Assembly (NCBI GenBank): GCA_037379345.1
Contig: CM074524.1
Coordinates: forward strand, 19,402,750 to 19,466,749
Source: Perna viridis
Taxonomy: Eukaryota
Reading direction: 5' to 3'
Length of the DNA stretch: 64,000 nucleotides
The translations under genes and the position numbers were made by a program. Below are positions 50,001-63,031 of the stretch, piece by piece. Every line of letters starts with the position of its first letter. Position 1 is the stretch's first letter. The notes below the pieces were generated by a model that was given only the letters and a program-made list of their open reading frames with translations, searched no databases and was not told where the DNA came from.

Positions 50001-53000
50001 TGAAATGACAAGCCACTCAACTTGGCACGTGCATCCCCGGGGGTGCACCAGTAGCTCTGGTTTGACCAGGTTGTCTGCTAATTGTGTGTAGTTTGAACAC
50101 TGTAATGGGCGATAACCCCGGCACACCAGCTGGAGGAAATACCATTTTTTGTCTGTAATTTGATATTTTTCGGAAGTTTCTTGCAATACCCCTAGGCAGC
50201 CCCATTCAGAGATTAGCATGGCGAAGCTGAAGCTACTCTTTCTTTAACACAGAATTTCATCTCACTTTCAGAGGACCAAGGGACATATTTTGACATGGGT
50301 GAGGGTAGAGAGTGTGTAAACTGCGGGGCGGTGTCGACCCCTCTCTGGAGGAAGGATGGAACCGGACATTATCTGTGTAATGCATGCGGCCTTTATCATA
50401 AAATGAATGGATTAAATCGCCAACCAAATGGTAAACAGATACAATCACCAAGAAGGGTATGTATCAACGTGGCTATATAAAACTACATGTAGTTCCATTT
50501 AATTTGTTCTTTTGATTTTCTTCCACCCCTATTTAAAGATTCATGTTTGTTTATCACTTAGCTGTTGCATGTCAAGATTTCTTATCTATCTATATATATA
50601 TATATTCAAATTGTTCAAATTCCTAACGTGTTTTTGAAATATCAAGCTTGAGACTCATCAATCACGTTAATTATTCACTAAGTAAAATCTGATTTGGTTT
50701 GAAATATGTGAGAACATAAGATGTCTGAAAGAACAAAGACATTGAACAATGAAATAACCCGTTTGATGATTTACTCTCTTCTACATTTGAAATATTTCGT
50801 CCAAAATCCAATTTTTTCCCCTGTTTTTCAATATAAGAATGTGTTTTTTGGACTCGCTTGTCTATAACATGAAAAGGTAAATATTTGAACTTTGCATTAA
50901 TTTATGCAATTCTATTTATTCTGATTCATAATCTGACAAATAGCTCATAATCCGAAATGCAAACACATCACCATGGGATAAAACACTAAACTCCCGCATC
51001 GAACCCCTTTTTCACACATAATCGCTAATGGTCCATCTCCCATCCCATGGTGCTGGCAGCCAATTCATCGAACTTATCTGGTTATAAAATTCTTTCAACT
51101 TCTACACTATTTTCTTTTGACCATGAGAAAATTGAACCCCCAGGAGCCCCATGATTTATTCTGGTGAGGGGTGTTGGGTTTCACTCATGTAAACTTTTCA
51201 TCATTATTTATTCATCGGCAGTGCAGGCCACACGTGTGTGCTTTGCATTAATAAGAACAAGTGTTCAGAAATTTCGTATTTTCAGGGAGTGTTTCCTTTC
51301 GTCCCTCATTGGAATTTCGTTGAGAGTTTGAGATTTTTAACCTGAGAATTTTCCGTAAAGATAACACGAAAAAGAAAGATTCTAGTTTTTTGGCTGATTT
51401 CGTCAAATTTGCTTTGGATACTTCACGGTGTTGATCAGTTTGGAAAAGAGCTAATATTGGAACCCTCTGGATTGACACTCATTATCAAATAGACTTTTAT
51501 ATAGCTGTCGTGGTTTTTAACAGTTTAGTCCACTTTTGAGAAACCAGAACGCTTTAATAAGTTAAGGAAGAAGCAGTGCAGTAATAAACCCAAAGCAGTC
51601 CTAACACAATGTTACAGTATTACCAGTATGGAAATTTCACCGACGATTTCTCCAATCTTTTCCAGGAACCTGTTGAAGAAGAAAAACCGAAGAAGTTTGA
51701 CAAGAGTAATTATGGCGAAAAGGTATGTTAATTCGTTCACAGGTTTTACCCTTTTAGGATAAAGGTTATTTTTGTACAAGAGTAATTAATAGGACTTGAA
51801 AGTTAGCAATTTTTGCCTTCTAATAGAAGGGATTCTCAAGTGTTCCAATTCGTGTGAGTCCTAGGTCCGGGATCTTCAATTACTGACTCCAGGACTAATC
51901 AAACTTCTTTTAACTAATCCATGGACGTTCAATGCTAAACATTGAGCTGTATTTAGGACTTTTGGTTTTCCTCCAAATTTTAAAATGTATTGGACATTCG
52001 TCTTTCAATAGCAAATTTGAAGCCCTGACTTCTTTTTTTAACAGATTAATGTCTTTAACGTTTTTTCCCATAATACTCAGAGGAAGTACTGGTAACGTGA
52101 ACCATTTTAAAAATATCTTTGTAAATATGAAAAACTTACATCCATTCACTGCTACGGAAATTTCAGAAGTAAACTTGCTCTTGTTTACATTTACGTCAAG
52201 TACTGCTGATGGAAACACCCAAAGTGATGCAGTACATTTCTATCTAATAAGTGACGTCTTTGTTAGGTTCCTCTCCTTAAACAACTTCTTACTCTGTACA
52301 TGTTTTATGAACATGCGAATCTAATTAAAGAATCGATTGACTGTCCGTAAATTTTAATGCCTGTCATATATATGTGAATGATTTATTGTCCATAACTTTT
52401 AATGCCTGGTTGTCATTTATATGTGAGAAGGAATACAAATAATCTGTCGCCGCGTCTGTCCGTCCATCTGTCTTTGTTCTTGTTAAGGTTAGGTTACGCT
52501 ACGGGTGTACCTGGTCCATGCTCCCAGTTTTTAGTTGAGTCCGAGTTACTCATTTACTTTTGTTAATTTGTCTGTATGATTTTAGTTACTTTATGTTCTT
52601 TGTTGTGTATGTCTGTTTTCCATGTCTGGTCTTTTTCCCAGGATTACATTCTTTTGATTACCGCTATAACCTTGGTTCCCTTGATTACTCTTTGCTTTCA
52701 AGCATTTTTAGGGAAAATGTGTTTTCACATCTTGAGCTATATGATTTATGGTCATATGTTTTTTTTAATTGATATGTTTTACTGTACTTCTGGATGAGTA
52801 GTGCCAAGCGAGGCAGTATTACTAAGTATCATATCTCAAGATTGATCTAGCTAGTACAACAGTGTACATGTATAAGGTCTAAGCATAGCCCATGCCATGT
52901 CAATCTCAAACTACTAACATTGGGTTCATGTAATTATCAGTTTCATGAGAGCTTTTGTATTGTACAAAATAAACTTAAATATCGTACTGAAGGATAGTAT

Positions 53001-53555
53001 GTTATGCCTGTGTGAATGGCGCAAATTGTGAGCTTTTCTTTTGTACTCAGTACTTACAGACACACCTTTTCTCTGAATGCGCTTGTGTCACCAATGTAAG
53101 AGGGTAATACAAAATTAATTAATTCAGGGCGACAAACTTATGCATAGATTCAATTCGAATTCATACGGAATCCGTGACTTATCATATGCTAATTCGCATA
53201 CGAAATCAAACTTTGGATATTGTATTTCTTTAAATGAGGCTGTATGACAAAAATCGTTTGTTTTTAGTAAGTGATTTATAATGATTTCTAATTTTAAATT
53301 TGGTGAGCCATTATCGTGTATTTTTTACGATGTTGGCAAATGTTTGTTTTGGTCTTCATAAATCAACAAAAATCCATATACGGAGCAGACACGGCTATTA
53401 CCCGGAAGTGGTCAACACTTAAGATAAAAAGGACATAAAAGGGAACGTTAATCCTTTAAATGTATTTCATGCAAACATTTTAATCGACATATTATTGACT
53501 ACACCTCTATTTCTTTATCGAGTAGTCTTCATCACTGTAAACCAAAAAAAAAAAA

Positions 53556-53586
<31 letters not shown>

Positions 53587-56500
53587 TAAAAATAAAATAA
53601 AAAAATGTTAAAACATAATCGTAGAAAAAGACCGTTGAAAAAAGTATCTGGTAGGTTCTTATGGATCAATGTTTTGAGATGAAGATTTATGGTTCGTCTG
53701 ATGTGAGTTATTTCTGTTTTAATGAGGAATCCCATACTAAAAGAGTTAATCCAGGATTGTCGGTAATCCTTAAGATTTTACCTGTTGTTATCCTTAGTGA
53801 AGCACAAATCGGCAAGTTATAATTGAAACCTTTTGAAATGATAAGACGCAGTAGAAAAAAAAGTACATCTAAAAACCGTTTAACGATATAATGTATCATG
53901 ACCACGCACGCACGCGACATATGTTTTGCTGAAGCATGAAAATGTATATATAAAACATATATATAAAACATACGCGTAGCATCGACAATCGTGCAATTAT
54001 GACATGGAGGAAAATATGGCTTTTTTGTGTTCATATGTTTGCATGTTACCTTCCGTTTGTCAATGATTCAAGAAAATAGCGCGAGATTTTATTTTCTCTG
54101 ATATAAAGATTTATAAAAAAATATTTTTCGACCGCAATCGTCATCTGATGTCCGGACAGTAAAATCAGTACGAGTACATGGATGCCACTCTAGACGTTCT
54201 TTGAAATGTATAGTTGTCCACAGTTTTAAATTGTCGTTGCTGTGTCGTATAAGTGCGATGTCTTGTAACACTTTCATTCTGAACCCTACGATGTGTCAAA
54301 CATTTTCAATTTGGGCAGCATCAACTTAGCCCAGGGTAGCTGAATAAGGGGTTCACTGTTTTTATAAATCTCATACACAGAGAATATTGATAGTAAACCA
54401 TACTCCAATTTATTTGAACACTGCACAACATTTTACATGTATTAATTCTTTTTTTATGTTTCCATCCGGCTTGTATCACTTTGTATTGCGCTAAAATTCT
54501 AACAATTAGGCTTCTGGAACATGGTTATGTTGCTACAAGATTGAAGTCATCACTACAGAAGTTTTATGGTCGTCATCATGAACTCTTGGATCGTTACGGT
54601 GTATCCATCTGCGCTATGAAAACTGACTTGTTCAACGTGTTATAGTTTCCTTTCCTCGTTTGTCTACCCCAGACTTGACTTTTTATGAGCAACTCGGCGG
54701 GTGTTTCTAGAAAAGCAGAGGACGCTTACCCTACCGGTGCACCTGGTCCATGTTCCCAGTTTTTTAGTGGAATCCGAGTTGCTTATTTGCTTTTGTTACT
54801 TTGTATGTATGATTTTAGTTACTTTATGTTCTTTGTTATGTATCTGTTTTCCATGTCTGGTCTTTGTCCCTGGATTACATTCTTTTTGATTACTTCTATA
54901 ACCTTGGTTCTCTTGATTACTCTTTTGCTAACCAAGGGTATTTTTAATTATCAACTGATCAAAATATTGTATATATTCCCCTTTTTAACACCTCAAACAA
55001 CGAATATGAAACTACAAGTGTTTCTTGAATCATATCGTACACGAAGAAGCAGTTTGATATGCATGTGACTTCACTATAAATTTGTTTATAGAGGAACAAA
55101 CAGTTCTTGATTAGAGGGATACTTTAGTTAGCACTCGACACCTTTTTATTACCTCGATTATGGCGACATTTTGCTGTCTTCTCGACAGAATGTCTAATTG
55201 TTTCCATCTAATGTAATATTTTAACATTATTCATGTTTTACATGAGTAGTATAATATGATTAACATTTCATTTTAAATGTAGAATTGTGGTAACTTTTTT
55301 TCAGTTAGTTGACAATTTGATTATACATATTAATATCTAGCTGCAGCTGCTGTTACATCTATTTCATGGTCTTATCACGACCAAGGTACCACCCCTCTTA
55401 GTGATCTGGATAAAAGAAATAACTACTTTGCAACGTAGTCGTTCACCTTGATTAGAAATTCGCGAATTTTTAGCTGTTGTCAGACCTGTCTGCGATCCAT
55501 TAGCCACTCTTCTCGCAAGGAATGAAATTATAGATAATGCATCATTGCCGTTATTGACTCTAAATACGTGATTTTTATATGGAAATGCACACAATTTAAA
55601 TGAAATTCAGGATATATAGATACCGTTGAATGGAAAGTTGACCGTGAAGAAATCAGAAGAAGAAGAAGAAGAAGAAAGCATTTTTTAAATCAAGTAAACG
55701 TAATAGAAAAGTTGAAACATTTAATGATGTCTAAATGTTTTGGTCTTGTATTGCCTGTCTTTTTTTTGAATGTGTGATATTTTTTGTCAATTAGGAACGA
55801 GAACCGTGTGATTTGTAAACTTTTACTTTGCCTCATCTTTTCGGGATATTGTTTTTCTTTATTCATTATTCGAATATTAAACATTCGATATAAATTGACA
55901 AAGTGCACAAGTGTTTTGATTTTTGTACAAATTACTAAAACAGCTACCGGTTAATTTACGGGATTAGCTTTAGCAATTCTGTTGTTTTTTCATGAGATGT
56001 TTTGTAACCAATTCAGTCGTACTTCACGTACATCTTAAGTTATTTATTCAGAAACTGAGGGTTTTCTGATATCTCCTGCCTTATACTTAGGAACACGGCT
56101 ACTCAATTTCCATTCGACAATAAATTTTTATGAATCATTCAGGAATGAAAATGAGATGTAGATCTCACTTCATAAAACACTAGTATCTTTAATTCGCAGG
56201 GGGTGGCAATGAATACAGTCTTGTGCGAAAATATTATGTCGATTTTACGCATGAAGATAAATTAAAAGCTATATTTAGTGACACGCTCGTGCAATAAGTC
56301 ATAAAACAAAAATTCTCATTAAATTGAATAAAAAAAACACTATTCCATAGATTATTCGCCTTCTGTTTTGAGTTTTAGAAGAACTTATACATATTGTCGA
56401 TTTTTCACTCAATGGCATGAAAACAATTCTAAAAATAACCACCGTCTGATTTTAGATATTTTCTACCAATCTTTTTTTTCTTTCCAAGCAACTGCCTTTA

Positions 56501-59500
56501 ATCAGATTTTCCACAATGTATATGAAGCTAGGAGGTTTTAATCGGTCTATTTTTCAAAGAGAGTTTATCAACGTAAATCGCTAGCTCACTAAAGTGTGGA
56601 TTTCTGATATGTGAAACATTTGGTTGGCGCGGTTCACTTAAGATCGGCAAAATAAACAAGCTCTAAAGTAAACAGGACTTGTTTTGTTTATAATGTCTAA
56701 CTAAACATCGTTTGTTAATAGTACTACACGATTGAGCAGTCTAAATGATTGGATTTCTGCATTAAAGTTATCAAAGAAGATGTTATAATAATATCGGCGT
56801 TAATTAGTAAAAATATCGTCAGAATACCATGAAAGCTTTGAAATGTTTTCGTTTAACTTGTTAAACATTTGGCCGGACTAAAAGGCTTAATACATGTTAC
56901 GAATGATGACGTAATTCAGCATCTCTTTCTAAAGAAGATGTACATATTTTCTTTCAGTCCGTCTGCCCTTTTTTGTGTGTTCACGGCAAAAAAACGGGAG
57001 GATAATCTGTTTGCAACCATAAGAAAACATTTTGAACACAAGTGGCGTTTTAATCACTGCAAAAAATATGTATTCATGTTTGGAGGTTAACTAATAACTA
57101 TAGCTCCTGCTACTAACTATGAAGGTTTCCATATTTCAAAAATTTCAAAATAATTACTTTTTAACTACATCCACCTTGCCAATGAACTTGTCGCCACCTT
57201 AAAGCCGTTCCAATTAACTCCCTGTTCTGGCTAATTGGCAATTCTGTCTTAATGACTAGTGGGTCTGCATCTTGTCAGAAAAATACCAATTAACAAGAAA
57301 TTTCAGTGTTTACCGGGTCAGGACCAACTTCCCGTCACATTAATTTAAATTTCAGAACAAAAAGTATGCACAAGGTATTAAAGATATATAGCATGTTGTG
57401 AGGTCGCATTTCTTGAAACCATCCCACTCATTCTTTAATATTATTACATTAGTTTTCACACACCCGTTTTTACAAGAACCTTTTTAAAAGTCGTAAGATA
57501 GGAGTACACGAGAAATTTATCGGCTACTTATTCATGGTTTTGTTCTTTCTTGTATTTAGTTCATTTCAGTGCTGGTTCAAAGGGATTTGGGGAGGGAGGG
57601 GTCCGGAGGCTCGAGCCCTACTTTTGTTGGAAAATATTGTGAAAATTTGTGCAAAATCGAGAAAATGGGTAAAATGAGCAAATGATTGTTTGAACCACCG
57701 TTTTATTTTTCCATTTGACCGACACCCCTTCCCCCAACACCCTCCGGACCGTTGATGAACCTTGCCTTTTATAAATCATGTCTAAAGATTTCCCAAGGCA
57801 CCAAAAAAAATGGGAACAATTGGGAGTAGGATATATCTATATTACAGTAGAATACTACGAAATTCAAAAACCAAACTAAAGAAAAAGGGAAAGAATGACA
57901 AACTTGATCAGCATCAAGACTAAATTGCTTTCTCTGACTTATTAAAGTCATCATGTCGACTAATTGAATCACGCAATCGAAATAAAAATAAAATCACTTT
58001 CAATTTATGATTTTGCATGTTAATCGCTATATCATAAAGCTCGTATTGCTAAGATTTGATTAAATTTTCAGCGTGAAGTATTATTTTATGGCCGATATTA
58101 CGTACTTAATGTAAAATTCATTAAAAGCTTCATCTGCACTGTGCGAAACACGCTGTCAAAGGGTATGGCAGGATCAACAATGACATTGTAAAAGTAGGCG
58201 CTTGCTAAAAAATGTGAATGTTTACAAAAAATGGGTTGGATTACTTGGCCGAGTATATGAAGCTGTTGTTCGTTGATATATTTGTGTCCCGAATATTGCA
58301 TTCCATCTGTTAACAAGAGTAGTTTTATGACAAAACAAAAAACAAAAAAAAAACTAATTTTGAAATATGTTTTTTTTTTCAGAAGAAGTTCAAAGTTGTT
58401 TCGTTTCTTTTCGGGTTTTCTTTTATTTGGCGAGTATTTATATAATAAAATCCGTATATTTGGGTTCGTTATTTTCTGATAATTTGCTAGAATAAACCGT
58501 GTTGTTGTTTACAAAGACAAATGAATGTCGGAAATATGTTTTTGTGTCCAACGATAAACATGCATTTCAGTCGCTTCGTAACATATTCTAAACCCGTTTC
58601 AGATCCGTTTCAAATAAATATAAGCCATATTTTATACATGGCTGTCAAAACATGCTGTTAAGGCTCTCCACGATTGTTTGTTCAACTAAAACAGGAAAGT
58701 CATGGATTATTGACGCATTTAATACATGTAATCATCCAACATTAGTTACTATAGCAACCAATATCAAATGGGATAAAACAAAGATCTTCAAATCCACGCC
58801 AAACTCCTATATATTATTCGGAGTGTACAGAACAACAGTGTGCATTAGTTTAGTTAAAATGTCTTATAACATGTAAACCCGTTTGAACTGAGGTGTGTAA
58901 GTGATTCGTGACTTTTACTTTACCCCTTGTGTCAGTCTGCACTAGATAAAAGTTGTCTAATTCTGAAGAATTACGAGTTTTACCTACTGCCCTATAAATC
59001 CAGTATGATGTTATTGAAGTAAAAAAAAGTTATTCATCATGGATGTTTTTTTAATCATCAAATGAGATTTGTGAATATTTTGACGTTTTGAAATAGAAAA
59101 GCACAATTAAAAACAAAACCAAATGGTTTTAGAATCGGGTATCAGTTTTGTCAAACTGATAATACCATCTTCCATAAACCTCCCAAATAAACTAGAAACC
59201 AGAAGCGGAAAGAGTCTAAAATATTCGGCTCTTTCTGGTTGTTACTGAAACTAACCTTTCAACAAATTCAATGATCTTTTTTTATTTGCAGGTGAACAAT
59301 AGAAGTCGAATGGGCCTATCCTGTGCTAATTGCGGGACTACAACAACGACATTATGGCGGCGGAACAGCGAAGGAGAACCCGTATGTAATGCATGCGGAC
59401 TCTACTACAAGCTTCACCAGGTATGATCAAGTGACTAAGTATCCTGACCTTTATACATGATTTTTACCTGCGTCAGTCTAGTCACCGACGGTGAAAGCAC

Positions 59501-61357
59501 GTCAAACAGCCGTCCGTCCGTCAGGCTTAGTGATTCATACTTTATATCAAAACCAGAAATTAATTAAAATTAATTATTAAGGTAGTAGTGACCTTATTCG
59601 GTTCGACAGATGCTTTCGTTAAATTCACGTTTAAGAAGGTGTTGTGAGTGCTTGAATTAAATGGTTTTATTTGTATTAAAAATAAGTTGATTGATAAGCC
59701 GCAGTATGTACAGTATAGTAGATATTAGAAAACATATATACTGTTTCAATTGCTTTAAAAAACACAAACAAAAAAAAATAAAAAAAAAAATAAAAAAAAA
59801 AAAAAAAGAAAGAAAAACACACACACACACAAAACAAGCTACGTTCAAGATTTTAGCCATGGCAACAACTTTAAAAGATGTAGTGATGTAGTAATGACTA
59901 GGGTATGAGCATATCTTGCCCACTGATCGCCACAGAAAAGCAAAAAAATAAATAAATAAAACATAACAAGCGCTTGTTACAGTTTGTAGATAGTTTATGA
60001 ATCATATTACGTGCACATTAACACGGAATAAAATCTTTATATATGAAAAAATTATTGTTTCAATCACATCATTATACCTTGTGAATGAGTCATAGTTTAC
60101 TCGTACAGGAATGTTTATTTTGTAATTACAGGTTAATAGACCTATGTCCATGAAAAAAGATGGTATACAGACAAGAAAGAGGAAAGCCAAAGTCTCGTCT
60201 AAAGCGGCCACGCCCACCCGCGAGATCAACAACACACCCGACCATACCGTTATACCTACGTCATACATGCCGTCAATGCCATACACTACTCCCCACTCGT
60301 CATCTGCCGGTTTACTAGATCTTTCAGTGACCAGACCAGAAAATCCATCAGGTAAATTTTGTCATTCATTACAGGATACAGTGGACCTCTCCTTTTTGTT
60401 TAAAAAAAATGTTGTTTTGGTGCAAAATGTAGGCAAAAGTGAGGAAATGTTGGTTTTGAACCTACCCCTTTTATGAATTTCTGGATCGGACCCTGTTTAT
60501 GTAAATTTTTTGTATCCACCTAGTCTCTTATGTAAACTTTGCCGTAATTCCCTTTAGGTTAAATAATTCATTACGCAAGAAGGGAGATAACTACGTTTTT
60601 CTCAAATTCATGTTTATCTGTATTTATTAAAGAACAAAGAAGGAAACACTCCATATGTTGGGGAAAGTATGTTTAAACTATAGCCATCTTGTCCAATTTA
60701 TGCCTTCTAATATGGTGGCTGCACTATCGAATATCAAAACCAAGTATAGGTAATTACAAAACAGTTATAACTCACTTCAGATGGTCGTAACAACCTAGTC
60801 CCTATCTAAGCAACGCGTTGATATATTTTATACCCGAAAATCGTGTCTAAAGAAGTTAGATCTAAATCTGCCCTACCACACACGAAACAACTCATTATGA
60901 AAAAGTTCCACATTTTACTGTTTAAAGGTTCCTATATAATCGACTTTTATTTATATTATAAATTAATTCTTATGCTTTGTTTATTCCAGTTCCTGATATC
61001 AAGAACATAACGTCATACCCGAACCTTTATCAAAGTCACAGTTCAGTTTTAGCTGCCCTCAGCGCACCACCACCAGCATTGTTGCAAGTGGGAAGTCCCC
61101 CACCAGGCATGCTTCCTTCAATCCAGCATGTAACATCCGGTCACATGACTGAGCTCGACCGTTCCATGACCTTTCCACCGGAATTAGTCTTGAAGCAGGA
61201 ACCTATGTTTGAACCTTCACCACCAAAAGCTGTTCCTGTTTCTGTTCCGGAATTAGAAGCCGAAAATGAGCTTAGAGCCACCAACGGAACGCCAACGGAT
61301 AACTCCCCATCAGATATTACTCCGCTGAAGGCAGCGTCTATGGTGTCACAGAGTTAA
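43145..61357 (+). CDS. GATA456: GATA4/5/6-class zinc-finger transcription factor, 5 coding exons, ~605 aa
   Basis: Two fingers, [25 protein letters not shown] and [25 protein letters not shown], followed by [23 protein letters not shown] and TRKRK point to the 4/5/6 class rather than 1/2/3. Exon phases 1,0,0,1 are consistent. Confidence 0.93.
44788..45140. repeat. Tandem repeat, ~130-135-bp unit x ~2.7
   Basis: ACGAGATCAAGGCTCT...CACATGAATGTTCTATT recurs three times. Confidence 0.88.
50272..50456 (+). CDS. GATA456: GATA N-terminal zinc-finger exon
   Basis: CTTTCAG acceptor, AGG|GTATGT donor; [37 protein letters not shown]. Confidence 0.95.
52498..52693 (+). mobile_element. Shorter copy C of the same repeat (3' UTR only)
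   Basis: Matches 54735-54926. Confidence 0.7.
54470..54926 (+). mobile_element. 3' fragment of a probable Penelope-like retroelement, copy B
   Basis: Translates [51 protein letters not shown], resembling the RT C-terminus of mollusc Penelope-like elements (from recall); three copies share the 3' end but differ at 5'. Confidence 0.6.
59292..59420 (+). CDS. GATA456: GATA C-terminal zinc-finger exon (not in ORF track)
   Basis: TTTGCAG acceptor, CAG|GTATGA donor; [43 protein letters not shown]. Confidence 0.96.
60132..60351 (+). CDS. GATA456: GATA basic-tail exon
   Basis: TTACAG acceptor, CAG|GTAAAT donor; [20 protein letters not shown]. Confidence 0.93.
60990..61357 (+). CDS. GATA456: GATA last coding exon (P/S-rich)
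   Basis: TTCCAG acceptor in phase 1, open to TAA 61357; contains LKQEP, a SUMO-type psi-KxE motif. Confidence 0.8.
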
Positions 61358-62034
61358 ATGGAGAGATAATGGGACATTGTGGCCACGGTGTGTATTTTTC
61401 AAACGACTGGCAGAGTAACATTTATGATTTATTATACTCAAGTTGTTGTTGAAATGGGGAAATGCATATCAAAAACATTGTCAAGCATTTAGTGTGTAAA
61501 AATGTAATTGATTTCTGTTGATCCTAAAAAGAGTTTTAACCAGCCATGTTAAACTAATTGATAAATCAATCCATCTATGGAAAAATCGAAATACTTTGAA
61601 ATATCAACTGTACCAAAACCTCAAAGTTGCATAATATTTTGTACAATAGAATTAATAATTGTGTAGAATTTGCTCAAATCAGAATGGGTAATATTAGAGA
61701 TAGTATTTGTTAACACTGTTCTGCTTCTAGTAACGAGAATTCCAAAATATTGCTACCTCTATTAATTGTATTACTATAAAACTTCAATGTTTACTAAAAC
61801 ATCAACCTTCCCTTTATTTTTATTTACGGAGATACTCACTGCATTCAGCCAAAAATGTTTAGGGACCAAACGAAAAAGGCAATTGAAAACGAACCTTGTT
61901 CAAAGAATAAATATGTTGATGAATCTTGGCAATTTTAACAAACTCGAATTTTAAATCGTTATAATAACAGCAATATGACCTTAAAGTTATGTATGTATTA
62001 CATCCGGTTCATAAAAAAAAATAGGCAATAATCG

Positions 62035-62286
62035 ATTTTTTTTATACCTTCCGCTTTGCGTAAGGTATGTAGTGATCACGGCGTCTGTCCATACTTCCGT
62101 TCGTTCTGCATTTTTTGTTACAGTTTTCTCTGCCACTATTTATCAAAGCCACTTGGTATTTTGCACGAAGCTTGATATAGGTATGCCAAATTGTGGTATT
62201 CGATTTCAGACTAAAGTGACATCAACTTCCTGGTTTGGGAGCGCGGAGTATCCTTTAGTGTGTTGTGGTCATACTTTATTCTTGTA
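62035..62286 (+). mobile_element. Probable Helentron-associated non-autonomous element (HINE/DINE-like)
   Basis: Starts in a T run with TTTTATACC and a short hairpin, then a degenerate (GTCY)n microsatellite, ends ...TTCTTGT. Confidence 0.45.
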
Positions 62287-62858
62287 TTGCTATCCTGTCT
62301 ATAATTGATCAGACAATCAACATTTTCTGAATTTTTCTCAGATTTTTATATTATACTTAGATACAATTATTTTATATTATTATAACAGGGTATTTAGATA
62401 TATATTGTATATAGTATGATGTATATAATAATTTTATGTGTAGGACCAGGTGCTTTATGCTTTATAATTTAATGAATCATTTATAGGAACATACATGTAT
62501 ATAATTTTTTTTTGTAATTGTACAACGCCCTTAACAGAATTGCAACATATCATTAGGGCCACAAATAATGTCTGTTTTCTGCTACCCTACCTACTCTAAA
62601 CATCTTTCACCATTTTGGTTCAAACACTGTAAAATTCTAGATGGCTACTCCTTTAACTCAATGTACAAAATGTATTTGAAAAATATACTATTTTCACTAC
62701 CTATTTTTGTTGGTAGCAGGAAACAAGGCTGTTATTTTCCCCATTTTTTTTAACCGAAGCTACCGGTTCAGGCTTATCTGCTTTGTTTGTTTTTCAAATT
62801 CAGTATACTTCGTTGAGTATGAAATGTGATTGATTTCTTAGAATTCTTCAAAATATTT

Positions 62859-63031
62859 AGTGGCGAATCCAGAGATTTGGGTAAGGGGGGGGGCAACAAA
62901 ATTTTGAAATATTAAACTTCAAATCCTGCATTCTGAAACTGTAAAATATAAGGGGAAACAATTTTCAACAATTTTTAAAAATGCAATTTTTTAAGGGGGC
63001 CTGGGCCCCCGGCCTCCTGGATCTGCCACTG
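62859..63031. mobile_element. MITE with CAGTGGCGGATCC-type TIRs (degenerate relatives near 40962-41047 and 57567-57760)
   Basis: AGTGGCGAATCCAG...CTGGATCTGCCACTG termini with G/C runs inside. Confidence 0.6.

Noticed and set aside
54685-54786. SECIS element in the Penelope-like UTR
   Set aside because: ATGA is present but is Watson-Crick paired; no opposing GA quartet or correctly spaced AA loop.
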